From NCBI GenBank assembly GCA_038883715.1, contig JAVZLS010000001.1, positions 1 to 64,000 on the forward strand: a stretch of DNA of 64,000 bases. The letters are read 5' to 3'. This DNA comes from Candidatus Bathyarchaeia archaeon (GTDB lineage Archaea > Thermoproteota > Bathyarchaeia > Bathyarchaeales > Bathycorpusculaceae). Shown one piece after another: positions 18,219 to 27,564 of the stretch. Under the pieces are notes generated by a model that worked only from the letters and a program-made list of their open reading frames with translations, ran no database searches and was not told the origin of the DNA. How positions within the stretch are numbered: position 1 is the first letter of the stretch; every line of letters starts with the position of its first letter. A program made the position numbers and the translations under genes.

Positions 18219-18509
18219 TTGAAGATTAAGGAGCTGCGAAATGGAATGAAACGAGTAAACATTGAAGCCAAAGTCGTAGAAAAATCCGCGCCGCGCGAAG
18301 TTCTATCAAGGTTCAGCGACACAACCCACAAAGTGGCAACAGCCATAATAGCAGACGAAACAGGCACTATAAAGCTGACCCTGTGGAACGACCAAATAAA
18401 CCAGGTAAACGTCAACGACACGGTTAAAGTGGAAAACGGCTACGTGACAAGCTTCAAGGGAGAAATCCAGCTGAACGTTGGAAAATACGGAAAACTCACA
18501 GTCGAATAA
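18219..18509 (+). CDS. Single OB-fold single-stranded nucleic acid binding protein (SSB-like)
   Basis: KIKEL...DETGTIKLTLWND...ENGY...GEIQLNVGKYG. Confidence 0.88.
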   Translation: MKIKELRNGMKRVNIEAKVVEKSAPREVLSRFSDTTHKVATAIIADETGTIKLTLWNDQINQVNVNDTVKVENGYVTSFKGEIQLNVGKYGKLTVE

Positions 18510-18549
18510 CACGCGGAAATTTTAAACCAATAAGGAGAGGTGAAAACGT

Positions 18550-18816
18550 ATGGAAGAAAGAAGAAGGTTCGGCGGAAGAAGAGAATTCGGAAAAGGACCA
18601 AGAAGGTTCCCGCCAAAACCAGTTGAGCTAGGAAAAGAATACGAAGTAGACGTCACAGAAACAAGCCGAAGAGGTGAAGGAATAGCCCGCATCCAAGGAC
18701 TGGTAACCTTCATACCAAACACAAAACCCGGAGACCATGTTAAAATAAAGATAACTAGGATAAGCCGAAGATTCGCAGAAGCCGAAGTTGTAGAAGCCGG
18801 AGCAACAGAAGAATAA
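18550..18816 (+). CDS. Single TRAM-domain RNA-binding protein
   Basis: KPVELGKEYEVDVTETSRRGEGIARIQG. Confidence 0.9.
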   Translation: MEERRRFGGRREFGKGPRRFPPKPVELGKEYEVDVTETSRRGEGIARIQGLVTFIPNTKPGDHVKIKITRISRRFAEAEVVEAGATEE

Positions 18817-18857
18817 ATAAATTGCACACTAGAACGCGCTCGCAAATTTTCAATTTT

Positions 18858-19301
18858 CTATTTTAGGGCGGGCCAGCCAAACCTAAAATTAAGGCTTCCC
18901 TTTCCTTTTTGCCTTTTCTCGCAACGTTCATACCACAATCTTTCATAATCTCTTTGAGATACAATCCTATTCTCAAGGTCGGCTATAGTGCGTATTCCTT
19001 CCCTTTTGCACCATTCAACACAGATTTTGTAGGCGTCCCAGTTCAGCTCCTCATTCTCCCAATAGACAGGAACCTCTGAAAAACCGCACAGAAAAGCCGC
19101 AAAAGCCCTGGTATGACCATCAACAAAGATGACGTCTTCTCCGAGCTTCTTAACTGGTACAGGCTCCATCGCCATAGGGTTATTTCCATCAAAAGTTTTC
19201 ATAACCTCAGATAACTTCTCAGAGCAAATGTAAAGCTGACTTGGCTGAATTTCGCTTAACTTCATCATAAACACTTTTCTAGCCATAAACCAAGCCCACA
19301 C
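18858..19301 (-). CDS. ParB/Srx-like domain protein
   Basis: IQPSQ and DGHTRA motifs. Confidence 0.7.
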   Translation of the reverse strand: MWAWFMARKVFMMKLSEIQPSQLYICSEKLSEVMKTFDGNNPMAMEPVPVKKLGEDVIFVDGHTRAFAAFLCGFSEVPVYWENEELNWDAYKICVEWCKREGIRTIADLENRIVSQRDYERLWYERCEKRQKGKGSLNFRFGWPALK

Positions 19302-19320
19302 ATCATACCATGAATTTTAT

Positions 19321-19498
19321 TGGTGGGGCCGGCCGGATTTGAACCGACGACCTTTCCCCGAAACAGCCTTTGAGGCTGTTTCTACGGGTTTCTCTACTGC
19401 TGACCGCTCCAGAACCTCTTCATTCCGCTTGGCGGTCCGCAAACCCGTTTGGTAAATGTTCTGGAGCCCGTCGTCATACCTGCCTAGACTACGGCCCC
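19321..19498 (-). tRNA. tRNA-Trp(CCA) with two introns (71 nt at 37/38, about 19390-19460; 30 nt at 43/44, about 19354-19383), encoded CCA
   Basis: Acceptor GGGGCCG/CGGCCCC, anticodon stem ACGGG/CCCGT with CT-CCA-G, T-arm GTCGG-TTCAAAT-CCGGC; relaxed BHB junctions. Confidence 0.88.
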
Positions 19499-19599
19499 TT
19501 TTGGCTTTACGGCATTAGAATTTTGCTTAAAATTGGATATATGCGTTATTCTTTTCTTAACAGGTAAAGTTTAAACAATGGTTAAGATTTGCTGAGAGG

Positions 19600-20601
19600 C
19601 TATTCTCGTCTAGTTTGGTTTAATACTTCGGGATTTGCGATGAATTTTGGGTTTTCCCCTTTAAGCACTCTTAAAACTTCTTCTGCGGCCAAGAGCGCTT
19701 CTCTTTGGTATGCTTCATAGGTGCAGGATGCAAAGTGAGGAGTAACTATAACATTGTCCATTTTGAGTAGAGGATTGTCTTGGCTTGGTGGTTCCTTTTC
19801 AAAAACGTCTAATGCGGCTCCAGCAATCCATTCCTTTTTTAAGGCTTTAATTAAAGCCTTCTCATCTATTATTGCTCCCCTTGCAGTATTTACGATGAAG
19901 GACGTCTTTTTCATGGATCCGAGTTCCCTCTCCCCTATCAAGTGTTTAGTTTCTTCTGTTAAAGTTGCATGGATAGTAACAACATCTGATTCTTTCAATA
20001 GCGTGTCTAGATCCACCAGCTTCACACCAATCTTTTTGGCAGTTTCCTTCTCAACGTATGGATCATACGCAAGCAGCTTCACTTTAAATCCTGATATCTT
20101 TTCAGCCACTTTGCGTCCGACACTTCCTAACCCAATAATTCCTACAGTTTTCCCAAGAAGCTCATTTCCCAGTAAGCTTTTGTCTCTCCATTTCCCTTGC
20201 CTTAGCTGGGAGCATGTAATGTATAATTTTTTCATTAAAGCTAGGATTAGGGCTATTGTGTGCTCGGCCACGCTGTCGGAGTTAGCATATGGAGTATAAC
20301 AAACAAGGATTCCTTTTCTGGTGGCAGCGTCTAAATCTACATTATCAATTCCTGGTTTTGAACCGTATTTGACTATCACTTTTAATTTGTTTGCAGCTTC
20401 TATGACTTTCTTTGTTATATGTTGTTGGGATGTTATTATTAAGGCATCAACATCTTTTATCTCTCTTACGAGTCTATCTTCAGTATATTTCACACTTGGT
20501 TCGCTTACTTTTACTTGAGCTATTTCCTCGAGAATTTTGTGGGATTCTTCCCATTCTGGCTCTGGAATGAATACCTTAAATTTCTTCTCCATGTTATTCA
20601 C
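19600..20601 (-). CDS. D-isomer-specific 2-hydroxyacid dehydrogenase
   Basis: GIIGLGSVG, NTARG, DVFEKEP, TPH. Confidence 0.92.
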   Translation of the reverse strand: MNNMEKKFKVFIPEPEWEESHKILEEIAQVKVSEPSVKYTEDRLVREIKDVDALIITSQQHITKKVIEAANKLKVIVKYGSKPGIDNVDLDAATRKGILVCYTPYANSDSVAEHTIALILALMKKLYITCSQLRQGKWRDKSLLGNELLGKTVGIIGLGSVGRKVAEKISGFKVKLLAYDPYVEKETAKKIGVKLVDLDTLLKESDVVTIHATLTEETKHLIGERELGSMKKTSFIVNTARGAIIDEKALIKALKKEWIAGAALDVFEKEPPSQDNPLLKMDNVIVTPHFASCTYEAYQREALLAAEEVLRVLKGENPKFIANPEVLNQTRRE

Positions 20602-21074
20602 CTAGTTTGGATAATTTTCCATCGCTCTTTGAAGTGTTCATTATCCTCGTCGAATTCCACATCTTCAAGTTTTGCTTTGATGTCGTACCTTTTTAATGCG
20701 GCAATCATCGTGTTTGTCATGAAGTGGGAGGGCTGTTTTCCTTCTCTTATAATTTTGGCTGAGGATTTTGTGACTGAGACTCCAAACATTTCAACCAGCG
20801 CTTCGTCATCGCTGAGCTTGTGAATGACTATTTTCTTCATGTAGCCAACAGACTCTAAATACCTAGCAATTTTTATTAACACATCGAGAGGCTTATCCTC
20901 TTCATCAATCTTGATTAGGCCTCTTTCTAGTGCTTCGTTTAGGTGGTGTTCGCCGACCCTTCTAAAGAAGTCAACAGCTTTTTCGCTTAAATATTCATTG
21001 ACCGCTTGGCATATGGCGTAGTTAATAGTGTCAAAAAATTCCGGCTTGATACATCTTTCCTTCATCATAATCAC
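20598..21074 (-). CDS. Hypothetical protein (possible V4R/H-NOX-like ligand-binding fold)
   Basis: 158-aa ORF overlapping the dehydrogenase start; fold call is tentative. Confidence 0.6.
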   Translation of the reverse strand: MIMMKERCIKPEFFDTINYAICQAVNEYLSEKAVDFFRRVGEHHLNEALERGLIKIDEEDKPLDVLIKIARYLESVGYMKKIVIHKLSDDEALVEMFGVSVTKSSAKIIREGKQPSHFMTNTMIAALKRYDIKAKLEDVEFDEDNEHFKERWKIIQTR

Positions 21075-21220
21075 GCCTCTATAATTTGATTTCTAGGTAA
21101 TTGATTTTGCTCTAAAAACTTGCCGTTTTTGGCTAGTAATTACCGACTATCTGTGAAAGTCTTTTTAAACTGTCCGGAGTGAGCGAAAAGTTAATGAGTA
21201 ATGGTTTATGGTGTATTTTG

Positions 21221-21345
21221 GGGTTTGCCGGCCATAGGGCGCGGGTTCCACCCGATCCCATTCCGAACTCGGAAGTTAAACCGCGCTCCGTTCCCGGTTG
21301 TAGTGTGGTCTTCGGCCACGCGAAGCCGGGAAAGCTGGCAGCCCC
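21221..21345 (+). rRNA. rrf: 5S rRNA
   Basis: GGCCATAG...CCCGATCCCATTCCGAACTCGGAAGTTAA conserved 5S motifs; terminal helix. Confidence 0.93.
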
Positions 21346-21418
21346 ACTCCTTTTGAAGGGCTATACTGTTTTAAGGTTTAAATTGGCAGTATTATGTGCG
21401 GTTGGGTTTCCTTTGGAC

Positions 21419-22789
21419 ATGGAAGTGGTAGCCGAGCTTAGGAAGATTGTTGGCTGTGAGAATGTTCTTGTGGGCGACGATATAGGCGAGGAGTATGGGC
21501 GTGATGAGGCGCTTGCCGTTAATCCTTGCATACCAGAAGTTGTCGTTAAGTCCAGAAACGCTGAGGAAGTTGCAGAAATACTGCGGCTAGCCAATGAAAG
21601 GCGGATTCCGGTTACTCCTAGGGGTGGTGGAACAGGCCTAAGCGGGGGCTGTGTTCCATCTGCGGGTGGGATTGTTTTATCTCTTGAGCGTTTGAATCGG
21701 ATTTTGGAAATAGATGAGGATAACCATGTGGTTGTTGTTGAGGCCGGCGTTACCCTATCAAGTCTTATGAGGGCTGTTGAGGCGCGTGGTCTTTGTTACC
21801 CAATTTACCCCGGAGAGGAGAGCGCAACTGTTGGTGGTAATGTTGCCACCAACGCCGGTGGTATGATGGCGGTTAAGTATGGGGTTACCCGCAACTTTGT
21901 TTTAGGTTTGGAGGCTGTTCTGCCGACCGGCGAAATCATTAGAACTGGCGGTAAATATGTGAAGGTTTCGTCGGGCTACGACCTAACGCAGTTGATTGTA
22001 GGTTCTGAGGGAACTTTAGCCGTTGTAACCAAGGTTATTTTGAAGCTTTTGCCCAAGCAGAAGACTAGATTGACCCTTTTTGTTGCGTTCAAAGAGCTTA
22101 GGCAAGGTGTGGCGACTGTTCCGCTTTTGTTGAAGTGTGGTGTTACACCCCTAATAGTCGAGTTTATTGATAAGGTTGGGCTTGGCGCCATGGAAAATTA
22201 CACCGGAATAACCGTTCCAATGGATGAGCGTGTGCGCGACAAGTCGGAAGTTTTTCTCCTAATCGTTTTGGAGGGTGAAAGTCGAGAAAAACTTTACAGG
22301 GACGCCGAGCTTGTCAGCGAAATCTGTATGAAGAACGGCGCAATTGAGGTTCTTGTTCCATCCACTGAAAGGGCTGGGAGGGAGCTTTTAGAGTTGAGGG
22401 AAAAATCCTTTTACGCCGCTAGAGATGCTGGTGCAACTTTTCTTGTCGACGTGGTTGTTCCACGAAGTCAAATCCCAGAATTCATGGAGGAGGTTAAGAA
22501 AATTTCCATGGAACATTCAATGGTTATAAGTGGTGCTGGACATGTTGGTGATGGGAACGTACACCTAGCCATATTCGAGAAAAATCCGGAGAAACTGTCA
22601 GCCATTTTGAGGGAGATTTACACTTTGGGAAAAGCTTTGGGAGGCGCTGTGTCGGCTGAACACAGCATAGGCTTGGAGAAAAAGGAGCTTTTCCTAGAGT
22701 TTGAGGATAAAGCAAAAATTGAGCTTATGAGGAGGATTAAGAGGGCTTTCGACCCCAACAACATCTTAAACCCGGGAAAAATTTTCTGA
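21419..22789 (+). CDS. FAD-linked oxidase/dehydrogenase (GlcD/D-lactate dehydrogenase family)
   Basis: RGGGTGLSGG, ATNAGG, GSEGTL, GHVGDGNVH, SAEHSIG, NPGK. Confidence 0.92.
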   Translation: MEVVAELRKIVGCENVLVGDDIGEEYGRDEALAVNPCIPEVVVKSRNAEEVAEILRLANERRIPVTPRGGGTGLSGGCVPSAGGIVLSLERLNRILEIDEDNHVVVVEAGVTLSSLMRAVEARGLCYPIYPGEESATVGGNVATNAGGMMAVKYGVTRNFVLGLEAVLPTGEIIRTGGKYVKVSSGYDLTQLIVGSEGTLAVVTKVILKLLPKQKTRLTLFVAFKELRQGVATVPLLLKCGVTPLIVEFIDKVGLGAMENYTGITVPMDERVRDKSEVFLLIVLEGESREKLYRDAELVSEICMKNGAIEVLVPSTERAGRELLELREKSFYAARDAGATFLVDVVVPRSQIPEFMEEVKKISMEHSMVISGAGHVGDGNVHLAIFEKNPEKLSAILREIYTLGKALGGAVSAEHSIGLEKKELFLEFEDKAKIELMRRIKRAFDPNNILNPGKIF

Positions 22790-22865
22790 AAAGAGGTTAC
22801 GCCTTAAATATGAGGTCGGCGGATGCATTACTTCTTTCCGAAAGTTGCCTTTGGAGAACTATGAC

Positions 22866-23663
22866 ATGTGGGAGTTGATGCTTCCCCTCTTCGGCTTTTT
22901 GATAAGCATAGCCGCAGCCTTAACGGGCGTTGGAGGCGGAATATTCATAGTTCCTCTCTTAACGCTTCTCTACAACTTTGAGCCGGTGGTAGCGGTGGGC
23001 ACAAGCTTGGCTACAATAATCATCACGTCTATAGCATCCTCCGCAAATTATCTAAAACAAAACCGCGTTTACGTTAAGGCTGGTTTGGCTTTGGCTTGCG
23101 CCACTGCACCTGGAGGCTATGTTGGAGCATCCATCACGGCTGTTCCAACTGTAAAGATGTGGCTTGGCGTTATTTTCGGCGCTTTTCTGATTTTTGTTGC
23201 CTTTCAAATGATTTACAAAGCCTTTACCACAGAATCCGTAAAAGCATGTGGTGTAGTTGATGCCGCCTTTGAAAAAGAGCTGCTGTTTAACAGGCGGAAA
23301 ATGCTTTATGGCTTATTCTTAAGTTTCTTCGGCGGGGTAACCTCTGGGCTTTTGGGAATAGGTGGAGGAGTTATTCTCGTCCCAGTCATGTGCTACGCGC
23401 TTAGTTTTCCAATACATTTCGCCATACCAACATCTATGTTCATAATGATTTTTACATCGATTTCCGGCGTGGTCAGCCACGTGCAGCAGGGAAACGTGAA
23501 CGCTTTGTATGCATTTTATCTTGGAGTAGGCTCTGTTGTTGGGGCGCAAGTTGGCGCTTATACGAGTAGGAGGCTTTCAAGCAGAAGCCTAAACCTTGTT
23601 TTTGCGGCTATGCTCCTTGTGGCGAGTGTCAACATGATACTTAAAAACTTGCATTACATTTGA
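22866..23663 (+). CDS. TauE/SafE sulfite-exporter family membrane protein
   Basis: Two GVGGG/GIGGG..VP repeats, AVGTSL. Confidence 0.88.
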   Translation: MWELMLPLFGFLISIAAALTGVGGGIFIVPLLTLLYNFEPVVAVGTSLATIIITSIASSANYLKQNRVYVKAGLALACATAPGGYVGASITAVPTVKMWLGVIFGAFLIFVAFQMIYKAFTTESVKACGVVDAAFEKELLFNRRKMLYGLFLSFFGGVTSGLLGIGGGVILVPVMCYALSFPIHFAIPTSMFIMIFTSISGVVSHVQQGNVNALYAFYLGVGSVVGAQVGAYTSRRLSSRSLNLVFAAMLLVASVNMILKNLHYI

Positions 23664-23739
23664 CTCCATTGTGCGAGTAAACTTGGAATATCCTAAAATT
23701 TATAACTAGGCTTTTGCTAGTTTTTCGGAAGGTGAGTAT

Positions 23740-24882
23740 GTGAATCTAGTGGCAGCGCTGTTCGTTCTTAACAATCAGCTCTTGCAGCTCCCAGGAGGGG
23801 ATATCTTCTCACAAATTTTAACCCTAATCATTTACGCTTTCATATTCATCTCCATATTTTATGGTCAGCGTATTCAGCTTTATATTATGCTTAGGGAGGT
23901 TGAGGGCAGTCTATACAAGCTTAAGTACATCCGCGACGAGGGGCGAAGAATAGCCATAGAAACTATCAAGGAGATTGGAAAGCCCCAAATGGACCCGTCA
24001 GCTAGGGTTGACCGCTTCCTAGAATATTTTACGATTGCTCCTCAAAGCCTTGACCCGGCTGGAATTGTTTGGAAGCTTGAACATATACTGGACGTTAGGG
24101 ACGCCCGCTTTAAGGATGAGGTTAAGCTTATTGCCCCAGCGGCTGACGAAACTCAGGCGAATAATTTGGAGAACACTCTTGAGGCGGCTATGGCTTTAAA
24201 CTACATTTACAAGGTTATAAGGCATTATTATTTGCTTGGGAAGAAGACGTTAAGCCTCTATATTATAATGCAGATTCAGATGATATTGCCGCTGGTCATG
24301 CGGGAAGCCGAAGCCTACGCAAGCGCCCTTAAAGCCTTCGCCTACGGTCAGCCCATTGGTGACGGTGTCGGCGCGCTGGTTGCAGCAAAACTCATGCACG
24401 GTCACCCAATAAGAAAAGTTCCCAAGGACTGTGTTGTGGCTGAGGTTCCCTTTGAGGGAAGAACAGCCTACGTAATAAAGGCTGAAGGTCCAGGCGGGAA
24501 CGTTGGTAAACCCGGAGACGCCATTAAAACAATTATTGAAGAGAATGAGGGCAAAATAGCCAACATAATAATGATTGACGCCGCTTTGAAGCTTGAAGGC
24601 GAGGAGGTTGGCGAAGTGGCTGAGGGTGTTGGTGCAGCCATAGGGGGTCCAGGCGTAGACCAGTTCAAAATTGAGGAAACCATTCTGAAGTATCGCATTC
24701 CAATAAACGCTGTTATAATTAAGGAGGATATTGGCGATGCTGTTTCGCCGATGCGCAAGGAGATTTTCGAGGCTGCCGACAAAGCCATCGAGAGGATTAG
24801 ACAAGTGGTGTTGGAGAGGACTAAGGAGGGCGACAAGGTTATTATTGCCGGTGCTGGGAATACCATAGGCATAGGACAATAA
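23740..24882 (+). CDS. DUF1512 family protein
   Basis: PIGDGVG, KAEGPGG, IDAALKLEGE, GAGNTIGIGQ. Confidence 0.85.
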   Translation: MNLVAALFVLNNQLLQLPGGDIFSQILTLIIYAFIFISIFYGQRIQLYIMLREVEGSLYKLKYIRDEGRRIAIETIKEIGKPQMDPSARVDRFLEYFTIAPQSLDPAGIVWKLEHILDVRDARFKDEVKLIAPAADETQANNLENTLEAAMALNYIYKVIRHYYLLGKKTLSLYIIMQIQMILPLVMREAEAYASALKAFAYGQPIGDGVGALVAAKLMHGHPIRKVPKDCVVAEVPFEGRTAYVIKAEGPGGNVGKPGDAIKTIIEENEGKIANIIMIDAALKLEGEEVGEVAEGVGAAIGGPGVDQFKIEETILKYRIPINAVIIKEDIGDAVSPMRKEIFEAADKAIERIRQVVLERTKEGDKVIIAGAGNTIGIGQ

Positions 24883-24891
24883 GAGAGGGCG

Positions 24892-25314
24892 ATGACAATG
24901 AGCAGTAGCAGAAGTAACGCGTCTGCGGCAACGAGGGTTTCGTCCTTCGTCCTCCTCATAATATTTGTCACTTTGGCCTTAGCCTTGGCGGCGCTGGTGC
25001 TTGCGATTTACCTCTACAACACCGCACCGGAAATCGCCGTTTACTGGCTTCTTTTGGGTTTTATAGGCTTAGCCTTGTCAACTTATGTGTTGTTCCAGAC
25101 GCGGCAGCGTATACTCCGCTTGAGAATTGAGGCTCCACCGATCACTACAACTATTGAGTGTAGGAGGTGCGGCTTCAAAAGCGTCCGAGAGTTTCAACGC
25201 GGCGACTACGTTTTCAAAGAGGTTGAGCCATGCCAGAAGTGCAACGAGAAAATGATTATTACAGCTATTTACCGAGAGGTTCGTGAGAAGGGTAAGGCGC
25301 CTTTTCCCTATTAA
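24892..25314 (+). CDS. Membrane protein with C-terminal zinc ribbon
   Basis: Two TMs; CRRCG..REFQRGDYV..CQKC. Confidence 0.8.
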   Translation: MTMSSSRSNASAATRVSSFVLLIIFVTLALALAALVLAIYLYNTAPEIAVYWLLLGFIGLALSTYVLFQTRQRILRLRIEAPPITTTIECRRCGFKSVREFQRGDYVFKEVEPCQKCNEKMIITAIYREVREKGKAPFPY

Positions 25315-25319
25315 TAGGG

Positions 25320-26225
25320 CTAGGTTAGGACTAGGCATCCGTCCTCAACCACTAGGACTGTGTGTTCAGCTTGGGCTACTGGTTTTCTGCTGGCTTCTAC
25401 GAAAACTGGATAGCTCATAATAGCCTTTGAAGTTAGAAGCTCTTTGAAGGCTTCCCTATAATGTTCTTTTGGGATTATGACTTGAAGCCAGCGCTCCGTA
25501 AAGGGCAGTGTTTTAAAGTTTTCCTCGATATATTTTAGAAGCTTCTTCGCGTAGGCGTTTTTGAGGGGCTTCTGTTTTACAAAACGGAATATTGTGGCTT
25601 CTAGGCTATTTTCCACCTTGCCGACGGCGTTTTGCACCGTCACGAAGGGTTCTATGGCGTAGGCTTCGCCTATCTTAACTTTTGTGAAGGACAAGTGTGC
25701 CACGTTTGGAAGTGATGTTCCGGCATGCACCAAGTATCTGCCAACGCTGTGCCCTGTTAAGTTTGAGATGGGCTTAAAGCCTTTGGACTTTATTGTCTGT
25801 TCTATTAGTGCGCCAAGCCTTGAGGTTGGTGTTTCTGGGCGTATGGCTTCCACAGCCTTTTTTAGGGCTTGTTCTGCCGCGTCCACCATTTCACGGTATT
25901 CTGGGTTAAAGCATATTGTCACTGCTGTGTCTGTTACATAGCCGTCCACATGGGCACCAATATCCACTTTCACAAGAGACTTTTCCGGAATTCTCCTTGT
26001 GTCGTTTGGCGGTGAGGTGTAGTGGGCTGCAATCTCGTTTATTGAGACGTTGCATGGGAAGGCTGGTTTACCGCCTTTACGCCTAATCAGCTCCTCTGCC
26101 TTTTCACAAACCTCTATTATTGGCATGTTTTCGCGGACAAAGCCCTTCAACTCTTCTCGGGTTTCGCGGAGAATCCTACCAGATGAACGGAGCTTCTCAA
26201 AGGCTTCCTCGTCTATGGCTTTCAT
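25320..26225 (-). CDS. map: Methionine aminopeptidase type II
   Basis: AFPCN, AAHY, DIGAHVDG, NLTGH, AIEPF, AQAEHT. Confidence 0.96.
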   Translation of the reverse strand: MKAIDEEAFEKLRSSGRILRETREELKGFVRENMPIIEVCEKAEELIRRKGGKPAFPCNVSINEIAAHYTSPPNDTRRIPEKSLVKVDIGAHVDGYVTDTAVTICFNPEYREMVDAAEQALKKAVEAIRPETPTSRLGALIEQTIKSKGFKPISNLTGHSVGRYLVHAGTSLPNVAHLSFTKVKIGEAYAIEPFVTVQNAVGKVENSLEATIFRFVKQKPLKNAYAKKLLKYIEENFKTLPFTERWLQVIIPKEHYREAFKELLTSKAIMSYPVFVEASRKPVAQAEHTVLVVEDGCLVLT

Positions 26226-26304
26226 TTATGGGGCACTTTAACCTTTTAACTTTATAAACTAAACAGTATTAAAGGGTTTAAAGATTTAGCGGGAGGCTTG
26301 ATGT

Positions 26305-26976
26305 TTGGCGAAGGTTACGTGGTTTGGACACGCCTCATTCAAAATTGAAATGGGCGGGAAAATTGTGCTGATTGACCCTTGGCTCGATGGGAATCCAGCC
26401 TCGCCAGTGAAGGCTTCTGAAATCGACAGGGCTGACATTGTTTACGTGACCCACGACCACGGCGACCATCTTGGCGACGCCATAAACATTTGCAAGCAAA
26501 CCAACGCCACTTTTGTTTCAACATTTGAACTTGGCAATTACGCCAGCAAAAACGGCGTCAAAGACGTTGTTGGACTAAACATTGGTGGATGCGCAGAGGT
26601 TAAAGGTGTAAAACTTTACATGGTTCAAGCCTTCCACACATGCTCAAGGGGTGCACCAACAGGCGTTGTTGTCGAAGCTGAAGGAAAAAGGGTGTACCAT
26701 GCCGGAGACACCGGCCTTTTCGGAGACATGAAGCTTATTGGGCAGCTTTACAAGCTTGATTTGGCGCTATTGCCAATAGGCGGATACTACACTATGAGCG
26801 CTTTGGAGGCAGCTGAAGCCGTCAGACTGTTGAAGCCCAAGGTCGTAATTCCGATGCATTATAAGACTTTTCCTGTTCTAGCCCAATCGGCAGACGAGTT
26901 TGTCAAAAAAGTGAAGGGGAAGGCGCCGAAAGCCAAAGTGGTGGTTCTGAATCCGGGAGAAAGCTACCAGCTCTAG
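26305..26976 (+). CDS. Metallo-beta-lactamase-fold hydrolase (UPF0173)
   Basis: THDHGDHLGD, HAGDT, PMHY. Confidence 0.9.
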   Translation: MAKVTWFGHASFKIEMGGKIVLIDPWLDGNPASPVKASEIDRADIVYVTHDHGDHLGDAINICKQTNATFVSTFELGNYASKNGVKDVVGLNIGGCAEVKGVKLYMVQAFHTCSRGAPTGVVVEAEGKRVYHAGDTGLFGDMKLIGQLYKLDLALLPIGGYYTMSALEAAEAVRLLKPKVVIPMHYKTFPVLAQSADEFVKKVKGKAPKAKVVVLNPGESYQL

Positions 26977-27552
26977 TTAGGCTCTGGGCTTGAAAATTTT
27001 TGGCTGGAGGGTTGCAAACTCGTCTCCGCCCAAATGGAAGACCATTTTTGCTTTTTCTAGGTCGTAGCCAGCGCTTGTGAAGCAGTCTTTGTTTGCGTAG
27101 GCTTCTAGGATTTCGCCTACAAAAATTGTGTGGTCCCCGGTTTGGAATTGGCTGTGAAGCCTACATTCCAAGTAGGCGATGCACTCCTTAATTATTGGCG
27201 GCTTAACCTTTCTGGCTGGAAGGGGCGTTAATCCAGCCTCCTTAAACTTGTCGCGGTCTCTTCCGCTAACCCGACCACAAAAGAATGTGGCGTCCAATAT
27301 CTCCATTGTTGGAATGTTAACGACAAATTCCTTTGTTTCTTGGATTAGGCTGTGGGAGTGTCTTCGTGGCGCAATGCTTACAGCCACAAGCGGTGGATTT
27401 ATGGATGTTGGCATAGCCCAAGCCAAAGTGATAATGTTTGGTTTTCCGTCTTTGCCAACGCATGAGACTAGAACCGTGTGCATTGGGTGGACAAGCCTAA
27501 AAGCGTTTGAAGGGCTTACATCGACAACTTCTTTCCCATTCATTCTTTGCAC
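26977..27552 (-). CDS. Flavin reductase-like protein
   Basis: EFVVNIP, GRVSGRDRDKF, GDHTIFVGE. Confidence 0.9.
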   Translation of the reverse strand: MQRMNGKEVVDVSPSNAFRLVHPMHTVLVSCVGKDGKPNIITLAWAMPTSINPPLVAVSIAPRRHSHSLIQETKEFVVNIPTMEILDATFFCGRVSGRDRDKFKEAGLTPLPARKVKPPIIKECIAYLECRLHSQFQTGDHTIFVGEILEAYANKDCFTSAGYDLEKAKMVFHLGGDEFATLQPKIFKPRA

Positions 27553-27564
27553 GCCTCCAACTTT

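Noticed and set aside
21179-21418. N-terminal extension of the FAD oxidase in the ORF track
   Set aside because: It is the 5S rRNA gene read in frame by chance
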